Positions 36,390 to 46,689 of a DNA stretch of 64,000 bases are shown here, in pieces. The first letter of the stretch is position 1; each line of letters opens with the position of its first letter. The stretch comes from Gemmatimonadales bacterium (GTDB lineage: Bacteria > Gemmatimonadota > Gemmatimonadetes > Gemmatimonadales > GWC2-71-9): the NCBI GenBank assembly GCA_041577295.1, contig JBFGJG010000024.1, positions 1-64,000 of the forward strand, read 5' to 3'. Under the pieces are notes generated by a model. It did not search any database. It was not told where the DNA came from and was given only the letters and a program-made list of their open reading frames with translations. The position numbers were made by a program, and so were the translations under genes.

Positions 36390-36767
36390 TTAAATGGGTA
36401 CAAGCTCGGTGGTGGTGGCTCGTGACTTCGCCCGTCCGAGGTCTTTGGCGTATTTGATGGAGCCGGGGGTGCTGTACTTCTCGAGGTATGCGCGGTCCAC
36501 GGCAATCTTCAGCCGCTCGCTTCGCGTGCGTACGGTACGAACCGCGATTTCTCGCCCTTCGATGTTTACGGCACCGCGTGGCTGCTCGAGCGATGCCCGG
36601 TACCACCCTTGTGGCTTGAGGCTCCAGGACCGCACGAAGACGCGGGTTTCCACCACGACGGCCCAAACACCGATAAACCTGTGCTCGGTACCAACGCGGA
36701 TTCCCAAGATCTTGCTCTGGTGAATCGCGGTGAGGACGCGCTTGGAAAACCGGGCCCGTGTGGTCAC
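36390..36767 (-). CDS. DUF2255-family protein
   Basis: VWAVVV...FVRSW...WYR...VDRAYLEKY...ATTTEL. Confidence 0.78.
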   Translation of the reverse strand: MTTRARFSKRVLTAIHQSKILGIRVGTEHRFIGVWAVVVETRVFVRSWSLKPQGWYRASLEQPRGAVNIEGREIAVRTVRTRSERLKIAVDRAYLEKYSTPGSIKYAKDLGRAKSRATTTELVPI

Positions 36768-36806
36768 GGCAGCCTCCGCTATGAACCTAGCCCGGTGCGG
36801 GCCGGA

Positions 36807-37469
36807 TCACGAGCCGCGCTTGCCGGCTGCTCGCTTGGTCGACCGTTTTCTGAAGTGGGAGCGGCTCTCCAGGAGGAGCCACGCAGCGAGCGTGGCTGCC
36901 TTTTCGTCGGCGCGCCAGGGTCCGGGAAAGTCCGGAGACAGCTCGACGACCGCGCGCTTGAGTTGCGATGCCGACCGCTTCAGCCGGTCCGCGCCCGTCG
37001 TAAGCAGCTCTTTTTCGACGTACACTTCAACAGGGACTCGCCAGCGGCGAGCCGCGGCTTCAATGATGTCTCGGTAGAGTTGACCTTCGAATGCGTGCGC
37101 GCGGATGTGCGGGTTGGCAATCGTCTCTGGTGCGACATCGCTCCCCGCCACGATGCCAATGCCCTCAATCGGATGGCCGGTCGCACGATAATCTCGCATC
37201 AGCTCACTCAGCGACGCTCGCGCATGACGCTGGACAATCCGGATCAACCGTCGCACGGCCTCTTGGTCGGCACGGGCTGTTCCAAACCCCGCATGGTATG
37301 GCTGTCGTGAATCGGGGACGGACGGGTCGCTGAGCTGGACCTGTCGACTTTCGACGACGCGCAACCTGCTCAGAGGTCCGCTGAGCAGAACGCTTGCGGC
37401 CCACCCGGTTTTCACACGGAAACCCATGGCGGCCGGTGGCAGAGGTCGGTCAGGTGTCGGAGGTTTCAT
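36807..37469 (-). CDS. conserved hypothetical protein
   Basis: GFRVKTGWA, RQPYH, HIRAHAFEG and GPWRADEKAATLAAW. Confidence 0.72.
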   Translation of the reverse strand: MKPPTPDRPLPPAAMGFRVKTGWAASVLLSGPLSRLRVVESRQVQLSDPSVPDSRQPYHAGFGTARADQEAVRRLIRIVQRHARASLSELMRDYRATGHPIEGIGIVAGSDVAPETIANPHIRAHAFEGQLYRDIIEAAARRWRVPVEVYVEKELLTTGADRLKRSASQLKRAVVELSPDFPGPWRADEKAATLAAWLLLESRSHFRKRSTKRAAGKRGS

Positions 37470-37622
37470 TCACTCCTGGTGCCGCATCGCACCCAAGCAT
37501 CTGGTGACCACAAGGGTCATCACTGCAACGGACAGGCTGAGAGGCTCCTCGAGCGTGAAGAACTCCAGGAGCATGACGAGGGAGAGAAAGTGAAAGAGGC
37601 TGCCACCGACAATTTGCTTCAT
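37470..37622 (-). CDS. small hydrophobic ORF or membrane-gene remnant (50 aa)
   Basis: MKQIVGGSLFHFLSLVMLLEFF...; its TGA abuts the next ATG. Confidence 0.3.
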   Translation of the reverse strand: MKQIVGGSLFHFLSLVMLLEFFTLEEPLSLSVAVMTLVVTRCLGAMRHQE

Positions 37623-37661
37623 GCAACCGGTGAAACCTCATCAGATGCTACGAGCAAAAAA

Positions 37662-38273
37662 TTACTGGCTTCCGGTTTGCGGGGGTAGGGAGGGGGTGGC
37701 GATTCCGCGGTTGGCGAGGTAGTGCCAGAAATCCGGTAGATCTACGACACCGTGCTCCAGCACCGCTTCGTAGACATCGCTGCTCGTGAAAGAGCGACGG
37801 TACTGTGGATGAGCGTGCACGGCTGCTTTGATCGCGAGGATATGTTTTCGTGCGTCCTCCGACAGACGCTCCCTCAGGGCAGCCATGCGCTGCCGGGTGT
37901 GCTCGTCGATTGCTGGGGTCACGGCCCAAACGTCGATCTTCCACGGACCGAACGGCTCGTTGGTAAGGTGTATTCCCCAGTAAAAGCCAGCCGGCAACCC
38001 CGCTGTCCGTACCGATGTCTCGTCGCGGAAGTGCATCCGGTGCGGGTTGAGCAGTGTGAGGAGTTGGCCTCCCAGGGCAAAGAACTCATCTCGGTTCATC
38101 GAGGCGCGAACCACGTGGACATCGAGATCGCGCCACGTCATCAGTCCCAGCGCGTAGCTGCCGTAGACGTGCACCGTGCCATACGTAGCCAGGAGGTCAT
38201 GGAGACCGGCGGATAAGAGGTGCTTAGCCTCGTTGCGGAGTGTTTTATCGAGGGAATCGCCGTTGGTAGCCAA
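37662..38273 (-). CDS. putative pol-beta-superfamily nucleotidyltransferase
   Basis: GSYALGLMTWRDLD (GS..DxD) plus WKIDVW supplying the third acidic residue. Confidence 0.65.
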   Translation of the reverse strand: MATNGDSLDKTLRNEAKHLLSAGLHDLLATYGTVHVYGSYALGLMTWRDLDVHVVRASMNRDEFFALGGQLLTLLNPHRMHFRDETSVRTAGLPAGFYWGIHLTNEPFGPWKIDVWAVTPAIDEHTRQRMAALRERLSEDARKHILAIKAAVHAHPQYRRSFTSSDVYEAVLEHGVVDLPDFWHYLANRGIATPSLPPQTGSQ

Positions 38274-38302
38274 TGCGTCTTACATCGCCTATCAGACGCT
38301 AG

Positions 38303-38803
38303 TCAGTTCACGCCCGCGGATTCGCCGACCAGGGCCATGCATTCGACTTCGACCCGCGCACCGATTGCAAGACCGTTGGCGCCGAGGGCGCTCCGCGCCG
38401 GAGCGTTCTGGGGAAAGAACTGAACATACACTTCGTTGAATGCTGGCCAATCCGCAATGTCTGCGAGGAACACAGTACACTTGAACACTCGTTCCATGCT
38501 CGAACCGTTGCGCTCGAGTATCGACCGAATGTTCTCGAGGGTCTGCCGCGTTTCTCCCTGAATGCCACCGGAGGCTAGCGTCAACGTACCGGGGACGTTC
38601 CCCACCTGACCAGACAGGTAGAGTACGTCACCGACCCGCACCGCATCTGAGAAGGGCAACGAGAGCGCTCTCGTTTGTTCCGACGAGAGAAACTCGAGGG
38701 TCGGCGGCTCGTGGTTCACGTCGGCTGCGGTACATCCGAGGACGAGCAGTCCTACCGGCAGCGCTGCCGCAGTTCGGCACCAGGCCCTCAGTGCTCCGAT
38801 CAT
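38303..38803 (-). CDS. RidA/YjgF-family protein with lipoprotein signal
   Basis: LVLGC lipobox, PFSDAV, LSGQVG, FNEVY, PARS and VEVEC. Confidence 0.9.
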   Translation of the reverse strand: MIGALRAWCRTAAALPVGLLVLGCTAADVNHEPPTLEFLSSEQTRALSLPFSDAVRVGDVLYLSGQVGNVPGTLTLASGGIQGETRQTLENIRSILERNGSSMERVFKCTVFLADIADWPAFNEVYVQFFPQNAPARSALGANGLAIGARVEVECMALVGESAGVN

Positions 38804-38822
38804 GATATCCTCCGTGATTTGG

Positions 38823-39695
38823 CTATCGGATCGATCGCCATACGGCCAGTTCTTCGCGGTTTGGTCCCGTCACGATCGGTCGCCGCTCGCTACCGTCTGG
38901 CCTCATGACCCACACGTCGCTGTCCACCGCTGTCGAGTCGCTCACTGTTGCCGTGTACAACAGCCATTGGCCGTCGGGTGACCATCGGGCGTGGCGCTCA
39001 TCCGGACGCACGTTGGGGAGCCGCATGAGTCCAGTGCCGTCCCTGTTTACGATGAAAATGCTGACAGTATCGCCCTCCTGCCCGTTGAACGCGATCCGCG
39101 CACCGTCTGGCGACCATGCGGGTGAGTCGTCGTGCCCGGGACGATCGACGAGCTGTCGGATCTCACCGGTCTCCAGCGTGAGCACGTGGATGTTTCCATC
39201 TTCATCCGGCCGAGAGGAGTAGGCAAGCGCCGCGCCGCTAGGCGACCAGGCGGGAGCGTCATCGTAGTGGTCGTTCTCGGTGAGGCGCCGGACGACCCGG
39301 GTCCCAGCCTGCAAGAGATACAACTCACGATTACCATCCCGGTCCGATACGAAGGCGATATCTCCAGCGGCGTTCGCGACCGGGTTAATGTCGCGCGCCG
39401 GGTGCTCGGTGAGATTCTGGGCCGTCAGATCCGTGAGGTCGATCGAATAGACGTCGTAGTTTCCGCTGCGGTTCGAGTAGAACAACACGGTGTCACCGCT
39501 GAAAGTCCATGTTGGCCAGTAGTCGAGTGCAGGATGATCTGTAATATTGATGCGCACCGTATCATCGATTGTTCCTCGGTACACCTCGAAGTTTCCGTCA
39601 ACCACCGCAACATACACGAACTCGGAAGACGGAGTCTCGCCACACGAGGTGGCAGCGACCGGTATGAGCAGCATTAGAAGACGCACTAGCTTCAT
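38823..39695 (-). CDS. TolB-like PD40 beta-propeller lipoprotein
   Basis: Repeated PAWSPDG / FVSDRDGN motifs. Confidence 0.85.
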   Translation of the reverse strand: MKLVRLLMLLIPVAATSCGETPSSEFVYVAVVDGNFEVYRGTIDDTVRINITDHPALDYWPTWTFSGDTVLFYSNRSGNYDVYSIDLTDLTAQNLTEHPARDINPVANAAGDIAFVSDRDGNRELYLLQAGTRVVRRLTENDHYDDAPAWSPSGAALAYSSRPDEDGNIHVLTLETGEIRQLVDRPGHDDSPAWSPDGARIAFNGQEGDTVSIFIVNRDGTGLMRLPNVRPDERHARWSPDGQWLLYTATVSDSTAVDSDVWVMRPDGSERRPIVTGPNREELAVWRSIR

Positions 39696-39823
39696 AACAT
39701 GTTGGGCTGATTGGTGAACATGCGATCGCTCGGTGAGTGGTCGGACGGCTTGATCAGAATTTTCCTGTCATCTCGATATCGGCTGGTGCAAGCGCGAAAT
39801 GTGTTCACGGGGCGGCGGCTTGC

Positions 39824-40252
39824 CTAACCCGGGGGCGTGGCGGCCCGCGCACGCTGCCGAGCGCCAAACACGATGCCGGCGAAAGTGAACACGATCAGTA
39901 AAACCCACATCCAACCGGGGGTCCATTGTGCCATCTCCGGCTGGGACACGATGAAGAACCCAATGGCTGCCGTTTGAATCACGGCGAGGGCAAGCCCATG
40001 TCGCAACGGTTCATATCCTGCGATCACCGCCGTCAGGTAGCCGGCACCCGCGGCCACCAGCGTGTTGTACACGAGCTTCGCGGCGAGGAACCCGGGCTGG
40101 TTGCGAACGCCGTAGTACGCCTCGGGATCCCTGGTGAAGCCACCGCCGACCGCCGTGACGAGCCCGAGCTCGAGCGCTTCGACGACGGCCGAGATCAGGA
40201 TAATGCCGACGGCGATTGCAGCGACGGAGCGAAACGCACGCTTGGCCGTCAT
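39824..40252 (-). CDS. hypothetical membrane protein
   Basis: Four hydrophobic helices. Confidence 0.65.
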   Translation of the reverse strand: MTAKRAFRSVAAIAVGIILISAVVEALELGLVTAVGGGFTRDPEAYYGVRNQPGFLAAKLVYNTLVAAGAGYLTAVIAGYEPLRHGLALAVIQTAAIGFFIVSQPEMAQWTPGWMWVLLIVFTFAGIVFGARQRARAATPPG

Positions 40253-40300
40253 CGCGTTACCATAACGACGAGAGCGTTTGGTCCGGTAGTCCGGAGCGTT

Positions 40301-40786
40301 TCACGCGTAGCTCATGGCGGGGAGGCCTGCATGCTTCCGGAGCATAGCGAGCTGACCAATGTGGTAGCTGTCGTGCTGTACCAAGAAGGTCAGCACACCA
40401 AGGAGCGTGGCATTGGGCATCGGGAACCTGGTATCGACGGGTGCGTCCAGCTCAACCGCCGTGATTGATTCGAGTCTGTCCCGCAGCGCGTGTGCCACGT
40501 CGCTCCACGCTTCCTGAACCTGATCGAGCGAAGGCAGTTCTTTGATTTCGTCTATGCTCTTGGCGCCAGCGAGAAATGCAGCAATGGGGTTCGGATGCGA
40601 TACCCCCAACATCTTGAGTAGATAGAAACGCGCGTCGGTCAGATGCGCTGCGATGAACGTCGCACTGTTGGTATCTGGTGACGGACGCACCGCAGCCTTC
40701 TCGTCGGGTACGCCATCGAGACAGTTTCGTAACAGGCGGGTGTTCAGCTTGAGTATGTCAGCAAGTGGAACGATGCGCGCGTCCAT
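40301..40786 (-). CDS. DinB-family protein
   Basis: NSATFIAAHL and FLVQHDSYHIGQL. Confidence 0.88.
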   Translation of the reverse strand: MDARIVPLADILKLNTRLLRNCLDGVPDEKAAVRPSPDTNSATFIAAHLTDARFYLLKMLGVSHPNPIAAFLAGAKSIDEIKELPSLDQVQEAWSDVAHALRDRLESITAVELDAPVDTRFPMPNATLLGVLTFLVQHDSYHIGQLAMLRKHAGLPAMSYA

Positions 40787-40891
40787 GGGATTCCAGCCTT
40801 GCCAGAGTTCGGGGTCGCAATACCCCCTCGTTTAGTTCGTATCTTCTATCCCTTCTACCACCTCGAGTCCGAGCGAGCAAGAGCCGCCCGA

Positions 40892-42190
40892 TCAGTAGCG
40901 TTCCAATGCCTCTCGATCGACGAACGTACCTCGGTGAATTACCAGCGCGATACGCTGGGTGTTGCGGATGTTCTCGAGCGGAGAGGCATCGAGTACAATG
41001 AGGCTTGCCTGATCTCCTGGTGACACACCCCACGGTCGACGCATGAATTCACCGGCGCGGGTCGTGCCGGCCGCGAGCGCGTCCCATGCTGATAGACCGG
41101 CTTCCACTAGCAGGATCAACTCGCGGTGTACGGAATAGCCTTGGAGGGTGCCGAAGTTGCCAGCGTCCGTGCCGAGGAGAATTGGCACGCCCGCATCGTG
41201 CATCGCTTTGACTGACTGCAGGACTGTTGGGCGAGCGGTCCGTAGCCTTTCGAGCCGCGCGCCGCGTTCGGCGGCGCGATAGGCATCAAGGACTTCTTCT
41301 GTCGTAAGAGAACGAGCCAGCACGGCGTTGAGAACTGTTGAGTCGGTCACGAAGTCCAAGTAATCGAGCTCCACCGCGAGGGTGGGAATGCTATAGACGC
41401 GTTGCGCCGCCATTATGCTGGCGAGGTCAGGTGGGATTGGCCCGAAAGGCACGTGGGTGACGGCCGATGCCCCGACCGCGACCGCGTGCCGAACATCGTC
41501 CCAGGTACTGACGTGAATGATTGTGCGAACATCGAGTTCGTTTGCCGTTGCGACCGCGGCCTCCAGCGTGGCCCGGTCGATGGACGGCATGCGACCAGTG
41601 GGTGCGTACACGATCTTGATCACATCCGCTTCCTTTGCGACAAGCTCGCGCACGTGCTGTCGGGCTTCCTCGGGCGTATCCATCGTGCGCGTTGGGATCC
41701 CGTACTCAGTGCAGTGTCCGTTGGTAGCAGTGAGGCACGAGAGGCTGGCGAAGAGATCGGCACCTCCCACCTCACCGGCGCGTTGGCGGCGCCGCAGCTC
41801 AAACATTGACTGCTCCAGTCCGAACAGGTCGAGAAACCCGGTGACTCCAGCGTAGAGCGCACGTTGGGCGACCGCGGCCGTTCCAACTCCGTCCATCACG
41901 CGTCCCGGTGCCATGTTGCCGTACGAGTGCGTGTGAAGATCATTGAGGCCGGGGATTACCCACTTGCCGGTAATGTCGATCCGGTCACCGGAGAATTCCG
42001 CAGGAGGCTCAGCCTGCTCGCCCACGATCACACCATCGCGGATCAGCAAATTGGCCGTGCGGACGTCGCGAGTTGCGGGATCTACGATGCGGCCGTTAAC
42101 GAGGTACAGATCTTGGGCCGCGGCCACACCAGACACCGTAATGTTGAGCATGGTCGCGAGGCAGGCCCCGGCTAGAACGCGCAGCTGCAT
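40892..42190 (-). CDS. secreted amidohydrolase-family protein
   Basis: IPGLNDLHTH, IKI, IIH, VTH and LGTDAG; signal peptide. Confidence 0.9.
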   Translation of the reverse strand: MQLRVLAGACLATMLNITVSGVAAAQDLYLVNGRIVDPATRDVRTANLLIRDGVIVGEQAEPPAEFSGDRIDITGKWVIPGLNDLHTHSYGNMAPGRVMDGVGTAAVAQRALYAGVTGFLDLFGLEQSMFELRRRQRAGEVGGADLFASLSCLTATNGHCTEYGIPTRTMDTPEEARQHVRELVAKEADVIKIVYAPTGRMPSIDRATLEAAVATANELDVRTIIHVSTWDDVRHAVAVGASAVTHVPFGPIPPDLASIMAAQRVYSIPTLAVELDYLDFVTDSTVLNAVLARSLTTEEVLDAYRAAERGARLERLRTARPTVLQSVKAMHDAGVPILLGTDAGNFGTLQGYSVHRELILLVEAGLSAWDALAAGTTRAGEFMRRPWGVSPGDQASLIVLDASPLENIRNTQRIALVIHRGTFVDREALERY

Positions 42191-42202
42191 GAATATCCTC
42201 TT

Positions 42203-42724
42203 TTAGAGCACAAGAACATTTATACCTAGTAGGACACTGAGCGCGTAGGTGTCGGGGCCAAACACGTAAAGCTCGGCGAACGGACGTACGCGCCGGAACG
42301 GGGCGTGGACACGGACTACGGCAGCACCCAGGGTATCCCACCAGGTCAGCGCTGGCATGCCGGGGTCCTCCCTGTGGAATCGGGCCGTCGTGAACCCGAG
42401 ACCAACCGAGGCAACAGAGGCGGGACCAAAGGGCGTAACCCGTACGGTGACAATCGTTCGCCACGCGGAGCCTGTCACTGCGGGATCAGATACGTCTGGA
42501 AAGGTGAAGAAGCGCGCGAGACTCGCGCCAATCGATACCGGACCTGCTATCGGAATCAACACTTGAATGCCGAGCCGCTCCTCAATGGGTTCGTCGCTGT
42601 CTCCACCAAAACTGAATCCGAAATGTGGACCGACCTCGAGCCCAGCCGTGGACTGCTGGCCTGAGAGGACGCCCGTGGAACAGGCACCGATGATGAGTAT
42701 CAGCACCCAGGTCTGTCGCATCAC
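42203..42724 (-). CDS. hypothetical exported protein, possibly outer-membrane beta-barrel
   Basis: Signal peptide and alternating beta-strand pattern. Confidence 0.55.
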   Translation of the reverse strand: MMRQTWVLILIIGACSTGVLSGQQSTAGLEVGPHFGFSFGGDSDEPIEERLGIQVLIPIAGPVSIGASLARFFTFPDVSDPAVTGSAWRTIVTVRVTPFGPASVASVGLGFTTARFHREDPGMPALTWWDTLGAAVVRVHAPFRRVRPFAELYVFGPDTYALSVLLGINVLVL

Positions 42725-42729
42725 GAGGG

Positions 42730-42910
42730 TTACTCCCGCTTCACCGCCGTCATCATCACCGCCTTGACACCGTAGGCTTCAGCGGCGTTCTGCGTTGACG
42801 TCTGGCGGAATCGAAATCCCGGCACCACCGCGGACCGTGCGCTCGTGAAGCCAGTTTTCGTCCTTGAGGACCGCCTCCAGGGGCGCCTGGGCAGCGGCGG
42901 CGTCGCTCAT
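42730..42910 (-). pseudogene. internally deleted gene remnant (5' end with RBS fused out of frame to a 3' end)
   Basis: AAGGAG-N7-ATG starts MSDAAAAQAPLEAVLKDENWLHER. Another frame ends GFRFRQTSTQNAAEAYGVKAVMMTAVKRE*. Confidence 0.4.
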
Positions 42911-42987
42911 GAGTTCACTCCTTGGCGGCTAGTCCGTTTGTTGTTCCGGCGCGTCGCGCGCCAGCTATCAGCGAGATGACATCGAGG

Positions 42988-43695
42988 TTACGTGTGGGGT
43001 CTGCCAGTCAGACTGCTTTCGAGACCACTCCACCCCATCCCATTGTCCCGCCGTGATCGTGTGACCGCGTTCGGATGGATGAATATGTCACCGTAGCGAA
43101 GTATTGCGAGAACGTACGCCGGTCTATTGTACCAGCTTGCCCAGGTCAACGGGGTGTCCCCGTTCACATCCCGCGCGTCAATGGTTGCACCGGCGTCTAC
43201 CAGCAGCTGGATCGTCTCTTCAGTGCCAAACGCCGCGGCACGATGGAGCGGTGTCTCTCCCTTGGTCCGGCAGTCGCGCATGAAGCATCCTGTTTCTACG
43301 GAGGGCTTGGTGACCGCGTCGGGGTTGGCACCGTTGGCAAGAAGGACCCGAACCACCTCGGTGTATGCGGGGCGATTTGCTTTGCACAGTGCCGCGTGCA
43401 AAGGCGTCTCTCCCGTACCGGGCAGAGGGTGGTTGGCCTTCGCACCCTGTTCGAGCAGAAACTGACATAGCTGCCAGTGACCGTGGAAGGCTGCTCCATT
43501 CAAATCGTAGTTGTCGCCGACGGACTCAAGCGTCGCACCGTGCTGTAGCAGGTAACGCACGGCGCTCACGTCGCCGTAGTACGCGCACCACTTGATGAGG
43601 GGAACGCCGTGTTGGTCTTGCGACGTGGCTGCATGACCAGCGGCCAGGAAATCGAATACCAGGTCGGTGCGTCCATCTGTAATTCGATCGAGCAT
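42988..43695 (-). CDS. ankyrin repeat protein
   Basis: GETPLHAAL, GETPLHRAA and GDTPLTWA. Start MLDRITDGRTD. Confidence 0.88.
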   Translation of the reverse strand: MLDRITDGRTDLVFDFLAAGHAATSQDQHGVPLIKWCAYYGDVSAVRYLLQHGATLESVGDNYDLNGAAFHGHWQLCQFLLEQGAKANHPLPGTGETPLHAALCKANRPAYTEVVRVLLANGANPDAVTKPSVETGCFMRDCRTKGETPLHRAAAFGTEETIQLLVDAGATIDARDVNGDTPLTWASWYNRPAYVLAILRYGDIFIHPNAVTRSRRDNGMGWSGLESSLTGRPHT

Positions 43696-43703
43696 ACGCT
43701 GCC

Positions 43704-44174
43704 TCAATAGGAATCGTCGTTCTCGAGTTGCGGGGGGCGGTTCGCGGCGGCGAGCGCTCGCCTGCGCGCGGCGTCGAGCGCTGCGGCGAATGCGACGGCG
43801 AGTTGGCGATTCCCACGATCGATATGGAGGGCTAATCGTGCACCCTGAGCGGTCGGGATGCCATCGAAGGCTTCGAGGCGCCTGGCCCAGAGTTGCAATC
43901 GTGGGTACCACCATCCGCCCGTTACGCGCATTCGCGAGATCCAGCTGACTGGAATGTCGGCGGTCCCGACGGGTGACTGATCGACCTCATCCTTCACGCC
44001 TGTCAGCGTCAGCGCCTGCGTTCGCCTCGTGGCCGACCACTCGAGCGTGATCGTGTCTCCGTCGAGGTGTAGTAAGCCCTCGAGGCGATAAGAGATCGAT
44101 CGCGCTCCTGTGAGACCGAGCGTATCCCGGCCTGGCACCTTTAGCCGAAAGGGCAGTGGATCGGGGGTAGCCAT
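43704..44174 (-). CDS. hypothetical protein
   Basis: Co-oriented ORF with protein-like composition; GLLHLDGDTITLEW. Confidence 0.6.
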   Translation of the reverse strand: MATPDPLPFRLKVPGRDTLGLTGARSISYRLEGLLHLDGDTITLEWSATRRTQALTLTGVKDEVDQSPVGTADIPVSWISRMRVTGGWWYPRLQLWARRLEAFDGIPTAQGARLALHIDRGNRQLAVAFAAALDAARRRALAAANRPPQLENDDSY

Positions 44175-44218
44175 GTGATCGTTACGCCCAACGGTGGCCT
44201 ATGGTTTCGGCGTTGATA

Positions 44219-44374
44219 CCGGAGCTCCACTGCTGCGAGCGCTTCCGCGAGGACCTTAACGGCGACCTCGCGATCGTGCCGCTCGTCGTGCACGAGCACA
44301 GCCGCCATTCCGCCGTGTCCCCATTCGCGCACAATTCGATAACGACCCGGCAGTGCTTGGTTGAGCGGTGAACG
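44219..44374 (-). pseudogene. N-terminal fragment of a Hanks-type Ser/Thr protein kinase
   Basis: LNQALPGRYRIVREWGHGGMAAV-LVHDERHDREVAVKVL covers subdomains I-II only, then loses similarity. Confidence 0.7.
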
Positions 44375-44511
44375 GGGATGGTCGTCGAGGGAAAATAAGT
44401 TTGGAGGGGGTACGAAACTAGGTTTTGACACACCCGTGCAGCCCTAACCCGGTGTCATCAGGTAAGGGGCAAGAAGGCACCGGTGGACGAGCGCGAGATG
44501 GTGTGCTCCGT

Positions 44512-44860
44512 TCATGAGTCAATCTCTGCTTGGTGCCGTCGTCGAAAGCGGTACCAGCCAACTCCGGCCCAGGCGATGAGCAGGATGGCGACAATGAGCA
44601 GCCCGACCCCCACTCGCCACGATACTAGCAAGCTCAGCAAGCCGAGCGCTCCGAGGACGGCGCCGTAGCCGGCGAGCACGTCGGAAAGGTCGAGATGACA
44701 GTCGTCCCACGCGAGCACCTGGTACCAGAGCCCGACGGCGGCGAGACGTCTCAACCTTCGGATCGTGCCCTCTCGGTATCCGCGTTCAGTGAGAATCTGA
44801 TCGGCGAGCTGCTTGTCCCGACTCGTATCGGTGTCGAGAAACGGCAGGCAGATGAGGGCT
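44512..44860 (-). pseudogene. 3' fragment of a membrane-protein gene
   Basis: Two C-terminal TM helices followed by a basic tail; no credible start or RBS. Confidence 0.35.
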
Positions 44861-44932
44861 GAGGTCGACTCTCGGCGGAGCAAGTCGAGGCGGCTAGGCG
44901 TTCGGTCCACCGAGGAGTGTTGCACCCGGCAG

Positions 44933-45970
44933 CTACTTGATCCCGACCACCATGGAGTCGGGACCGGCGAGGTGCTCCACATACGTGTCGCGGAAGCCCG
45001 CGTCCTCCATCCAGTCTGCGCAGTCGGCGCCCGTGTAGTCGAACCCTCCCGGGGTTTCGATCAGCATGTTGAGGCTCATCAATAACCCAAAGGCATTCTC
45101 GCGACGTTCGTCGTCGATGATGGCTTCGTAGACGATCAGCGCACCTCCCTTAGGGAGCGCGGCGTGAGCCTTGGCGATCAAACTGCGTTTCTGCTCGAGA
45201 TCCCAATCGTGCAAGATGTGGCCCAACACGAGGACGTCTGCCTCGGGCAGCGGATCCTCGAAGAAATCACCGGGATGGAATCGCAGCCGGTCCACGAGAT
45301 CGTGATCCTGCACGTACTGCTCGAAGATCGGACCAACTGGGGCCAGGTCGAAGCCGCCGCCCGTGACATGTGCGTGAGCCAATGCCACCTGGACTGGGAC
45401 GCATCCCTGCGCGCACCCAACGTCGATGACCGTCTCGTGGTGCTTCCACGGAAACTTCTGCGCGATCGCTTTGGCCGCTCCCATGCTCAAGCCGGTCATC
45501 GCCTGGAGGAACTGCGCGAGGCGCTGCGGTTGGTTGTATAACGTTTCAAAGAAGTTTCCGCCGTTCTTGATCTCGTTCTGCGGCTGTCCAGTCCGCAGTG
45601 CCTCGGTGAGCCCTCCCCAAAATGGGTAAAGGCGTTTGCTCGCCATCTCGAACATGCCACCGATGTAGCTCTTTTTTGACTTGTCGAGGAAGAAGTCCGA
45701 CTCGGCGGTGTTCTCATAGCGCTTGCCATTACGTCTCAGCATGCGCAATGCGACCAAGGCGTCGAGAAAGTCCTGGGCGCTGCGTGGGTGGAGTGCGAGA
45801 CGCTGTTGCAACGTCTCCGCGTCCAGCGGTCCCTTCGCGAGCTCCGTGAACACGCCGAGCTCGACGGCGCTCAGCAGCGTCCTGGCCCCCCAAAACGCCA
45901 GACCGAGCTCGACGATCGGTCCGGGACTGAGCGTCTGCGGTGCCGTCGGAGTGCCCGTGGTATGCGACAT
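44933..45970 (-). CDS. SAM-dependent O-methyltransferase (dimerisation + Methyltransf_2)
   Basis: [19 protein letters not shown] and HILHDW. GGAGG RBS. Confidence 0.92.
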   Translation of the reverse strand: MSHTTGTPTAPQTLSPGPIVELGLAFWGARTLLSAVELGVFTELAKGPLDAETLQQRLALHPRSAQDFLDALVALRMLRRNGKRYENTAESDFFLDKSKKSYIGGMFEMASKRLYPFWGGLTEALRTGQPQNEIKNGGNFFETLYNQPQRLAQFLQAMTGLSMGAAKAIAQKFPWKHHETVIDVGCAQGCVPVQVALAHAHVTGGGFDLAPVGPIFEQYVQDHDLVDRLRFHPGDFFEDPLPEADVLVLGHILHDWDLEQKRSLIAKAHAALPKGGALIVYEAIIDDERRENAFGLLMSLNMLIETPGGFDYTGADCADWMEDAGFRDTYVEHLAGPDSMVVGIK

Positions 45971-46001
45971 CGTCTGAACCTCCTCTACGAGCGTAGGCGG
46001 C

Positions 46002-46628
46002 TTAGTCAGCCGGTTCACCTCGGAGCGCTGCCAGCATCGCGGGACGGGCGCGGACCGGTTCTGAAGTGAGCCATTCCGGCTTGATCGTCGCGCCTGCTTT
46101 GACCAGTGCGACGACCACCGCATGATGGCGGCCGACATTCCCTGGCGCGGGTTCGTGCCACCCGTGCAGCGCCCAGCCAAGCGGTGTTGCGTTGTAGCGT
46201 GAGTCTGTGACATCGAGCGGCGCCCGTTGCTCGATTAGTCGCCGGACGAGGCGATCGTTGCCGAGTAAGGCTGCCCAATGAAGGGCCGTTTCTCCGAACC
46301 CTCCGCGAAGATCCAGCCGCGCCCCGGCGTCTAACAGGGCGAACGCCACTTCGGTGGCAGCAAGACTTGCGGCGGCGTTCAGGGGATCGCCGTTCGCATG
46401 ATCGACATCAGCCCCCGCCTCGATGAGCGCTTCGGCCAGCAATCGCTGACTATCTTCCCCGGGGAGTGTACCGTGGAACACCACGTCGCATATGAAGTGG
46501 AGCGGGTGGGACGCGCACTCCGGACTACCCCACCGGATTGGTGCATTGGCCCGAGCAGGATCTTCGGCCAGGAGGCGTCGTAGAGCTGCCGCGTCACCCG
46601 TCTCGATAGCCGTCTTCACGTCCATCAT
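46002..46628 (-). CDS. ankyrin repeat protein
   Basis: [15 protein letters not shown] and ATPLGWA. Confidence 0.85.
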   Translation of the reverse strand: MMDVKTAIETGDAAALRRLLAEDPARANAPIRWGSPECASHPLHFICDVVFHGTLPGEDSQRLLAEALIEAGADVDHANGDPLNAAASLAATEVAFALLDAGARLDLRGGFGETALHWAALLGNDRLVRRLIEQRAPLDVTDSRYNATPLGWALHGWHEPAPGNVGRHHAVVVALVKAGATIKPEWLTSEPVRARPAMLAALRGEPAD

Positions 46629-46689
46629 GGCGTATCGTATGATCGCGATGTGAGGAGTCTTTCATTCGGCCCGCGAGTGATTGCGGCGC

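Noticed and set aside
42988..46213. Long N-terminal extensions in the ORF track (43914, 46213; likewise 35927, 36666, 50106, 59844)
   Set aside because: The extensions overlap neighbouring real genes and are low-complexity. Downstream starts have RBSs or match family N-termini.
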